In this document: piece after piece, positions 33,621-43,149 of the stretch
How the letters are laid out: every line of letters begins with the position of its first letter
Position numbering within the stretch: the stretch's first letter is position 1
NCBI GenBank assembly: GCA_020184695.1
Contig: JAANOX010000153.1
Coordinates: 1,054,001-1,118,000, forward strand
DNA from: Histomonas meleagridis 2922-C6/04-290x
Taxonomy: Eukaryota > Protista > Parabasalia
Length of the DNA stretch: 64,000 nt
Direction: 5' to 3'
Made by a program: the position numbers and the translations under genes
Notes under the pieces: model-generated
What the model was told of the DNA's origin: nothing
The model's database searches: none
What the model saw: the letters and a program-made list of their open reading frames with translations, nothing else

Positions 33621-34715
33621 ATGTCTCTTCAGACCAAGTTCCTCGGATTCACCGTCAAGAACCCACTTATGCCAGCCCCAGGACCTCCAGTCCGTGATGC
33701 CAAAGCATGCATTGATTGCATCAAAGGAGGATGCGGTGTTATGGTTACAAAGACTGTATCTGTTGGCCCAGCACCAGTTCCACAACCAAATATGATGGAA
33801 AACCAAGATCACAAGTACTTCCTTAACACCGAACTTTGGACTGAATTAACACTCGAACAATGGATTGATCATGAATATCCAAAGATCCGTGAAGCTTGCA
33901 ATGCTGCCAAGATCCCACTTGTTGCTTCAATGGGTTACACAGCTGAAGATATTGCACACTGTGCACCAAAAGTTGCTCCATTTGCAGATGCAATTGAACT
34001 TTCAACTCACTATATCGCCGATGATCCAAAGCCAATGCAAGATGCTATCAGAGCAGCCATCAAAGGATCTGGTGGCAAGCCAATCATTGTCAAGCTTTCT
34101 CCATTCCGTGATGCTCCAAAAGCTGCCAAAGCAGCCAAGGAAGCAGGCGCATCAGCTCTTACATGCGTTAACTCATTTGGCCCATGCCTTGCCCTCGACA
34201 TTGAACGTGGTGGTGCTCCATATATGGGAAGTGCTACCAAATACGGATGGGTTTCAGGTCCAGCTATCAAGCCACTTGCCATGCGTGTTGTTTACGATGT
34301 TGCTAGAGAATGCGATTTACCAATTATTGGTGTTGGTGGTATTTACAATGGAAGAGATGCCATTGAATATCTCATGGCTGGTGCTTCTGGCTTAGGTATT
34401 TGCACAGCTGCCATTGTTCAAGGCCGTGATGTCTATGGACAAATCGCAGAAGAAATGAAGGAATGGATGAAGGAACATGGTTACAAGAATGTTGAAGAAT
34501 TAATTGGCCTCGGCTTGAAGCAACCACAATACAAGCAAATCAACCCACCAAAGGTTGACAAGTCCAAGTGTGTTGGTTGTGGAACATGCGTTACATCATG
34601 TCTTTACGAGGCAATGAAACTCAACGATGATGGAATTGCCGAATGTAATGGAGAACTTTGCTTCAGGTGTGGCCTTTGCTACAGCCGTTGCCCATCACGT
34701 GCAATCACACTCTAA
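33621..34715 (+). CDS. FMN TIM-barrel oxidoreductase of the DHODH/dihydropyrimidine dehydrogenase (PreA-like) family with a C-terminal 2x[4Fe-4S] ferredoxin domain
   Basis: TKT, LNTELWTE, KLSP, GWVSGPAIKPLA, IIGVGGI motifs; two CxxCxxCxxxC clusters (CVGCGTCVTSC, CFRCGLCYSRC). Confidence 0.88.
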   Translation: MSLQTKFLGFTVKNPLMPAPGPPVRDAKACIDCIKGGCGVMVTKTVSVGPAPVPQPNMMENQDHKYFLNTELWTELTLEQWIDHEYPKIREACNAAKIPLVASMGYTAEDIAHCAPKVAPFADAIELSTHYIADDPKPMQDAIRAAIKGSGGKPIIVKLSPFRDAPKAAKAAKEAGASALTCVNSFGPCLALDIERGGAPYMGSATKYGWVSGPAIKPLAMRVVYDVARECDLPIIGVGGIYNGRDAIEYLMAGASGLGICTAAIVQGRDVYGQIAEEMKEWMKEHGYKNVEELIGLGLKQPQYKQINPPKVDKSKCVGCGTCVTSCLYEAMKLNDDGIAECNGELCFRCGLCYSRCPSRAITL

Positions 34716-35062
34716 ACAAAAAAGTTATACTAATTTTTACTTTTTCAGAATATTATTTCATATGACATTTCAAGCAAAGTAATTACTTCGCTAATTTTCT
34801 TATTATGGGGTTATTTAAGTGATGAATCGATTTAAGATGCAACAACTTTATTGAAGACAACCAGTGATTGATATTTACTCAGTAGATGAAAAATAATTAT
34901 TATCATAAGATTGATCAAACCAATTAAATAAAACATTAGTTACTACACCTATAGAAGCTGTGATGAAGAGTACAAAATAGTGCTATTTTTTGTTCTTTTA
35001 CTTATGTTTTTCCTGGCATTTGGATTTCTTCAAATTGACAAGCTTTGTTTGAGCATTAATAG

Positions 35063-35626
35063 ATGGAGAAAGCTGTTCCAGTTTTGATCCGTCCTATTTT
35101 TGATGAACCAGGACGCATGCTAGAAAATTTTGTTCGAAGTGGATTTGATGATTATGAACATTTTGATGTTTTTTCAAATTATTGCTTTATATATTTTAAC
35201 TCAATTTCTCGTGCCAAAGAGTTTGTATCCGCATTTAACAACACGCAAACAAGGCACGGACCTGTTGAAGTGTTTATTTATGATTTTCCACAAAATTCAC
35301 AAAATAGATATGAACCAGGTAGAATGCATTCAAAAACAATTTCCGTCAAAAATTATCCTTATGAACTCCTACATGATAGAAATATTTGGAATGATTTTCG
35401 TGAAACTGGATTTATCAGACAAATTGAAGTTCGTGGTTACACTGCATATGTTCAATTTGATACAGAGGAAGATGCAATGAATGCTGTGCGTGTCATGAGA
35501 GGAAGAAGAATCAGAGGTGTGCCAATTGATGTTGAATTGATTCCAGATAGAATTCTTAATTTACCAAATATTGTAGTTCCTCTCATTGTTGCAGAGGACA
35601 AGTCAGTTGAGAAAAGCAATCCATAA
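35063..35626 (+). CDS. RNA-binding protein with two RRM domains
   Basis: RNP-like motifs YCFIYF and GYTAYVQF; ISVKNYP RNP2-like strand. Confidence 0.8.
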   Translation: MEKAVPVLIRPIFDEPGRMLENFVRSGFDDYEHFDVFSNYCFIYFNSISRAKEFVSAFNNTQTRHGPVEVFIYDFPQNSQNRYEPGRMHSKTISVKNYPYELLHDRNIWNDFRETGFIRQIEVRGYTAYVQFDTEEDAMNAVRVMRGRRIRGVPIDVELIPDRILNLPNIVVPLIVAEDKSVEKSNP

Positions 35627-35903
35627 TCCTATGTTTGTTGCTGATTAATCATTGTGTAAATATACTATATAAATTTATTTTAATTTTTTGTCAAATAAAT
35701 GGTTTTATGCAAGTTAAGTCGTTCTTGTGCTTGTAGAAATTGGTTTTTCCTGATCAATAAATTATTGTTCAAAAACCTTAAATATTCACATATAACGATA
35801 AAAATATTGTGAAAAATTTAATCGTTTATGCTGTCAAATTTCTTGCCCGTGAAAGTGGTTAAATTATGCTTTTTTGTGATAACTTATTAAAAAAAAAGGA
35901 AAG

Positions 35904-36290
35904 TTAAAAAGTTATTAAATTGTTTAATATATTAACAAAATGATCTTCTTTGAAATCTTCAACAAATGGATCTTCAGCAATGCTTGACATTGATTAATAA
36001 TAGAAAACCCTTCTGTTGTATTATCATTTGTTTCAACACCTATCACATTTTCTTCATTTTTATATTTATTTAGTATGAATAATAAATATGATAAGAACTA
36101 TTACAATTTCAAAAAGAACAAATATTTCACATATTCAGTGATGAAATATGGAATAGATGAAAACAACATTGAAATAATATATTTATTTGAAAATGTTTCT
36201 ATAAATTAATCTTCCAATAATTTCAATGTTATCATAACATAACCTGCATTCATTCTCCCAAAGGGATATTGCTGCTGCTAGAAGGCGGAT
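35904..36290 (-). pseudogene. Remnant of the TM and tail of a surface (BspA-type) protein
   Basis: Minus strand reads FVLFEIVIVLIIFIIHTK-stop, then after a frameshift AEDPFVEDFKEDHFVNIL, matching the tail EEDPFAKDFKEDNMIN of the 12638-15616 gene. Confidence 0.55.
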
Positions 36291-37466
36291 TAAAGAAGAA
36301 CTTTATTTATTGTTATCTGAATAATAAAAATGTTATGATGTCTCTTTTTGTAATTTTGAAATTCTCATAATATTGAAATATTTTTATTTTAATTGAATAT
36401 TTTGGTTCATTTATTATCAAATAATAGTAAAGTTATAATGGAATTGTTTTTATATAAAATTTTACACCATGTTTAATTTTTTTTCATATGATATTATGTC
36501 GATTTTTTACAAAAAATCCCATAATGATATTTTAAAATTTGAAGTACCATTAAATAGAATACAATCAATATTTTGTATTTAAGGTTTTATCAAAATTCTT
36601 TCGTACATTTTAGAGAAATTTTCCATTTAACCAACAACAAATTTCAATGGTATGATGTGACATGTGAATTGAAAAACATTTTTAAGTATCACAAAAACAC
36701 AAAAAAAAGATTTTAATGAAATTAATGTATACTCTTTATAATAAAAATCAGAAGAATTTTGATCATTGAATAAATTTATAAGGACATTAGACAAAGTTTC
36801 ATGAAGATATAATAATTTTTTTTAGAATTCCGTAACTTTCCATTAAATACGTGTACGATACAATACACAAACGGTCATCAAAGCAAAAACTGGACTTGTT
36901 CTTCTTTGTCCAGAGCCTCCAATAATGAATAAATTGTTTCAAGAATTATCCTATTTATAGCACAAATAAATTATAAAAAATTGCAAAGACAGATTTTGGA
37001 ATTTTTGCTCTGGTCTCTAGATATTGAAAATCTTGTATAACTTAAAAACTAAATGAAAACAAAACAAAAATTATATAAATTGATATTAACCATTATTAGT
37101 TCTATGTATATTTTGAATTTTAACTTCTGTTATTAATTCTAAAGCTTAAAAAAGCATTTTGAAATTTTGGAGATTGCTAATAAAAAACTGAGATAACAAA
37201 TTTTGACTCTAATAATTTTATTGTATACAATATCTCCTTATTTATATTTCTTTATATTTAGTTCAGTGGAAAATGAGAAAAAAATTGATTTTCTGATTCG
37301 AAACGACCGTTTATTTGGTTACAGCATCTTATTTTGACTTATTTATAAAACAACTTTTTGTGATTTTGATCGTAAAATTGGATGACCAAATAATAAACCA
37401 TATAAATTTCAATAGTATGGCATTTTTTTTCTTTAACCATTTGTTGCAAAATAATCTCAGGCAAAA

Positions 37467-40400
37467 ATGTCTATAACTGAACAAAAGCAATTATCTCCAA
37501 TGAAAATACCTAATATAACAAAAACTATTTCTTCTGTTGGAATTATTAAACTTTATGGAAAAATCAAAGAATTAGGTGAATTAGAAGATATCATACAGTT
37601 TCATGATCAAGGGATTCATTATACATTTAATGTATCTAAAACATATGATATAACAATTGATAAATTAACGCCGAAATTTAGATATTTAAAATATATTAAT
37701 TCTCAAGGTGAAATATCTCTTTTTATCTGGATTGATGGTTCAGATCTTTCCACACTTAAGGATACTATGATATCAATGAAGAATCAACCAGTTGAAGGTA
37801 ATGATAATTATGTAATTGAAGGATGTAAAATGCATGAAGGATATTATAATGCAGCCAAAGAAATTATATCACATTTTAAAGGAATTAATGGTGACAAATA
37901 TAAGAACAACTATTATAAAGAAATGATATTTATTGGACATTCTATCAAATAGTTACATGTAAAGAACGAAAACAATCAATTTTGATGTCGAAAGTTGTTT
38001 CATCAGGTAAAGCTTCTAATATGAAAATTAAATTGAATAAAAAATCTATTAACAAAATATTTGTTAATAATCATTCATTAATAAATTATATATCAATGGG
38101 AGATCGTATTCAAAATAACAAAGCTGTTAAAATGAACGGTTCACATAGGTTATTACATGGTGCTCCAACTGAATGTGATAATCGTGATACAGAAAGATAT
38201 ATATTAGAAAATATTGATGACATTGTAAAATTAACAGAAAAGAAAGAAGAACCACCTGAATACTTAGAATTCATTTATAAAAATTCTCAACAAGATGATG
38301 GAAAACCTTTAATTAATGATGAAAGCAACAAAGAAGAAGATAAAAATGAAGATGAAGAAGATGAAATTGACGAAAATATTAAACCTGTTGATGAACTTAT
38401 AAAATTTGCAAAGAAAGAAGGAATCGATATTAATGAAAATATTTGTTTTACATATAAAAAATTTCTTTTTTGGATTTTGGATTTCAAATTAACATTTAGA
38501 AATTATTTTAAACACATGATACAGCACTTAGAGTTGCTTCCAAAAAAGGAGTGACAAAAATAGTTTCTTTAATTCTTGAACAAAAAGGTGTTCATATTAA
38601 TTCTAAAGATATATCTTTATTTGTTTTGAAGTTTATTTAAATTTTATATTGTTTAAATTTAAAATTTGGTATAAAATTTTAGTTATTTTGGACAGCACTC
38701 ATGTTAGCATCAAAAAATGGACATACAGAAATAGTTAAATTACTTCTTCAACAAGAAAAAATTAAAATTAATATCAAAGATATTCAATTTTTTTATATGA
38801 AATTCTTATCAATGATCTGAAGTAACAAAAAAATATTTAAAAAATATTGTAATTATTTAATTCTGCACTTATCTTATCATCAAAAGAAGGCCACAAAGAA
38901 ATTGTTAAATTACTTCTTGAACAAAAATCAATTGATTTAAATGAAAAAGAAATTTACTTATTACATTTAGAAATTATCTAAATAATTCAATGTTTTAAAA
39001 TAATGTTTGGTATTGACTTGCTTTATTTAATACTGCTCTTATGCTAGCATCAAAAGAAGGTCACATAGAAATCGTTAAATTACTTCTTGAACAAAAAGGA
39101 ATATATATTAATGAAGCTGAAATTTTTTTATTTCATACAATAATAGCCTTAAAAATTTAAGGTTTAATATCAATATTTGGAAAATACTTGAAATATTTGA
39201 TACAGCACTTATAAAGGCATCTCAATGCGGTAATCTTGAAATTGTTAAATTACTTCTAGAACAAAAAGGAATTGATATTAATGCTAAAAATATTTTATTA
39301 TTTGATATAAAATTTATTTTTTTAATTTGATATATATTGTCATGTTTTGGAGTTTATTTTGTTTGTTTATAACAGCTTTTATGTATGCATCTTCATGTGG
39401 TAACATAGAAATCATTAAAATCCTAATAAAGAAAGGTGTAAATATAACTACAACAGATGTTTAAATGAAAAGTTTAATGTTTTTCGGAAATCTTTTTGGT
39501 TGTTTATTAATTTTAAGGTGTTTATTAAAAATTATTAAAACAGCATTCATGTATGCATGTGATTCTGGACAATACGAAACTGTTAAATTTTATCTTGAAC
39601 GTAATTTATTTGATATCAATTCAAAAGATGTTTGTTTCTACTATTCAAAGATTATTTTAATCTCAAAATATTTCTAAATAATATTTGGAGACTATTAACA
39701 ATATTTAATACAGCTCTTATTTTTGCTACAGAAAAAGGTTATGAAGATATTGTTAAATTACTCATTGATAATAAAAAAATTCATATTAATGCTAAAAATA
39801 TTTATTTGCTTTATATAATATTTGTTTTAACAACATAATATTCCAAAATATTGCTTAATGATCATTTAAATAATATCAAACAGCTTTTATTTTTGCATTC
39901 AGTAAAAATTATCCAGAAATAGTTAAATTATTTGTTACACAAAAAGGAATCGATGTAACTGGTGAAAATGTTTATTTATTTTGTTTGAAATTTATTTAAA
40001 TAATTTGATGTTTTATGATGATATTTGGAAATTGTGTAAATTATTTCAGACAGCACTTATTTGGGCAGCTAAACATGGTTTTATAGATATGGCTAAACTT
40101 TTCATAAAGAAAAATAAAATCAATGCTAAAGATATTTATTTATACAATTAGATATTTATTTAAATAATTTTATATCTCAAAATATTATTTGAGAATCATT
40201 TATAAGATTTAAAACACCTCTTATTTATGCATCTGAAAATGGTCATATAGAAATTGTTAAATTACTCATTGACAAAATAGGAATACAAATCAATGCTAAA
40301 GATATTTATTTGTTTTATTTAAAATTTATTTTAATAATTTAATATTTTAATATAATATTCCGAAATCATTTGAAAAATTTAGAACAGCACTTATGTATGC

Positions 40401-41458
40401 ATCTAAAAATGGTCATACTGATATTGTTAAATTATTCCTGAAAAAGAGAGGAATTAAAATCAATGCTCAAGATATTTATTTGTTTTATTTAAAATTTATT
40501 TTAATAATTTTATATTTCAAAATAATATTTGGAAATTATTTAAATTATTTAGAACAGCACTTATTAGAGCATCTGAAAATGGTCATATAGAAATAGTTAA
40601 ATTACTTCTTGAACAAAAAGGAAATCATATTAATACTAGGGATATTTATTTGTTTTATTTGAAATTTATTTTAATAATTTTTTATTTCAAAATAATATTT
40701 GGAAATTATTTAAGTTATTTAAAACAGCACTTATTAGAGCATCTGAAAATGGTGATACAGAAATAGTTAAATTACTTCTTGAACAAAAAGGTATTGATAT
40801 TAATGCTAAAGATATAAATTATTTTAATAATTTAATATCTCAATATAATATTTGGAAATTATTTAAATTATTTAAAACAGCACTTATGGAAGCATCTGAA
40901 AATGGTCATATAGAAATAGTTAAATTACTTCTTGAACAAAAAGGAATTGATATTAATGCTAAAAGTATTTATTTGTTTTATTTAATATTTATTTTAATAA
41001 TTTAATATTATAAAATAATGATTGGAATTGATTTAAATTATTTGAAACAGCACTTATGAGAGCATCTTATAATGGTCATACAAAAATAGTTAAATTACTT
41101 CTTGAACAAGAAGGAATTGATATTAATGCTAAAGATATTTATTTGTTTTATTTGAAATTTATTATAATAATTTAAAATTACAAAATAATATTTGGAAATC
41201 ATTTAAATTATTTAGAACAGCACTTATTTTGGCATCTGAAAATGGTTATACAGAAGTAGTGAAATTACTTCTAGAACAAAAAGGAATAGATATTAATATT
41301 AAAAACATTCATTTTCTTTGAATGATATTTATTTTGATAATTTAATATTCTAAAATAACATTTGGAAATTATTTAAATTATTTCTAGCAGCAATTGATAA
41401 TATAAGAAATTCGAAGTGGTCACAGGAAATAGCTCAAGAACTTCTTGAACAAAAATGA
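37467..41458 (+). CDS. Predicted single gene: degenerate class-3-lipase-like N-terminus plus 17 ankyrin repeats and a cap (about 920 aa). Readable only if about 72 short (mostly 17-nt) inserts are removed or skipped.
   Basis: Lipase-like motifs MHEGYYNAA and IFIGHS; 17 stop-free ankyrin blocks (e.g. TALIRASENGHIEIVKLLLEQKGIDINAKD); a terminal cap ending in TGA at 41456-41458. Reconstructed linkers match D-x-x-G-x-T. The joined model is an inference. Confidence 0.7.
38441..41458 (+). repeat. Tandem array with a 170-nt period: 90-nt ankyrin block plus 80-nt spacer of 4 x (17-nt insert + 3-nt codon)
   Basis: Block starts counted at 38521, 38692, 38862, 39032, 39202, 39372, 39540, 39710, 39880, 40050, 40214, 40384, 40554, 40724, 40877, 41047, 41217, with the cap at 41387. 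Spacer lengths: 15 x 80, 2 x 81, 1 x 63 nt. Confidence 0.93.
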
Positions 41459-41929
41459 AGTAATGTTAGTATTAAAGTTTTTTAATATCATCAGAGATAT
41501 CATTAAAATAGAGATTCAAATCTTATTATACAAAAATATCTCATTTTATGATTTAAATAGGCTAAAAAAAATGAAATTACAATGGATAATTTTATATAAA
41601 ATTAAAATCTTGAACTGATTTTGGAATTTAAAAATGGTTGAATATGTTTTGATCGTATGTAAACTTTTTGAATATAATTTAATCGTGATGTGTCTGAATT
41701 CACCCATCCTTAAATAAGAAATCAAAAAAATTGAAAAAAGATGTGTCATATTAGAAAAAGCTAAAAAGCCACGTAAAGGTATACTAGGTTTTGCAATGCT
41801 TGCTTATATTTGATAATCAATTGTTTGATTTTGAAATTTCTGTACTTCATCAATATATCAAGGCTTACATAGTGACTTATTTTCCAAATAATTTGATGAA
41901 AATCAAGTGGAAAAGGTGTGGATAAATTA

Positions 41930-43060
41930 AGTTGACCATTGTTCATCCAGCTTTTTTTCATGATGTTTGTGTATAAAATTATATTGACATTTCTGGTCTC
42001 TATTGAAAAACCTTTTTCTGATGGTGCAACAACGAAGAAACAATAGATGGACTTAACATTTAATCCAAAAAGTAATGGTATACACAAAACATTCCAAAAT
42101 TATTTTGTGTTTATCTTAAATGTGCACATTTAATAAGAATCATAAGGATCATATTTATAATAGCGCAAAAATTTTCTTTTCATTCGACAGAAGAATTAGA
42201 TATTAGTTTTGGGAAAAATGTGTCTCAGTAAGTCATTCTTTTATATTTATGAATGATTCCAATCCAAATTAGTTAAACTTCTTTTTGAAAAAAGTACATT
42301 AATTTTTTTGCTCAAAAAATATCCATTTAACGTCTGATGTTAAACATTGAAAAATTATTCAATCAAACTTTTTCAATGAAAATTTTCATTGAAAAATTTT
42401 TTGGTAAATAACGTTTTGATAATAAAAAACAGATGTCAGTGGTTTATACAAACTTTTTCAATAGCATGTAAAAAATATCGCTCACTCCTTGGTTCCATGC
42501 GGACCCAATTTCTTTCACATTTATTGCATATATGTTTGTACGGGCATATGGTGGGCACTCAAGAGACCTTAAAATTAGCGAGCAATATTCAATATCAAAA
42601 ATTTAATTTCCAATTACCTCTAAGTATCAAGTCAAATAAACCTAAACTTAAGTTTCGACAAGGGCTAGAGAGTTACTTCTTATTTCATTTGAATTATTAT
42701 AATAAAATTTCAACACACAAGGATTAATAATACTTTTTCAATTTTTTTTGCATCAACAAATTGTATAACATGCTTTTCCCAAAACTAATATCTATATCTG
42801 TAAAATCTGTTTGGGTATTCTCTTCCAAATTCAAACCATAAAATGAAATCTAATAGAAGTAACTACGGAAGGAATTTCATATGAATTACCTTTTTTACCT
42901 ATTGGATAATAGTAAATAGTTTCAACACCCTTATCATAAAAAATATTTTCTCCAATTATAACTGATTTTAAATTTGTACAATGAAAAAATGCATAAGATC
43001 CAATCGATGTTACAGAATCACCAATTACAACTGAAAGAATTCTTTCCCGAGAACCGTTTA
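41930..43060 (-). pseudogene. Fragmented BspA-like pseudogene
   Basis: ILSVVIGDSVTSIGSYAFFHCTNLKSVIIGEN...YYPIGKKGNSYEIPSVVTSI (42831-43060) and a post-LRR-like piece NVKSIYCFFVVAPSEK (about 41990-42090), separated by non-coding DNA. Confidence 0.65.
42197..42794. mobile_element. Putative MITE-like element, about 600 bp, with 21-bp inverted ends
   Basis: tagatattagttttgggaaaa (42197-42217) and its exact reverse complement ttttcccaaaactaatatcta (42774-42794); TA at both outer ends; lies between the two BspA fragments. Confidence 0.5.
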
Positions 43061-43149
43061 CCTCAAAAACCTTAAAACGGTAAATTTTACCCTTTCTCAA
43101 GTTGGTCGGATTGTTGCATGTAACGTATCGTTACGGTTTTGACAAAAAT

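Noticed and set aside
40474-40553. One 68-80 nt canonical or AT-AC intron per spacer, or a conserved hairpin (ttgaaat/atttcaa)
   Set aside because: No GT-AG or AT-AC pair gives the correct frame, there is no branch motif, and a single excision cannot retain the central Gly codon. Hairpin pairing is broken in several copies and is expected by chance in AT-rich DNA.
40544-40556. -1 ribosomal frameshift at a slippery T TTA AAA before each TAL as the explanation for the ankyrin spacers
   Set aside because: The heptamer occurs in only a few spacers (others read tttaga, tttgat, tttcag, ttttgg). Many spacers contain in-frame stops earlier, and it would not restore the D-x-x-G-x-T loop.
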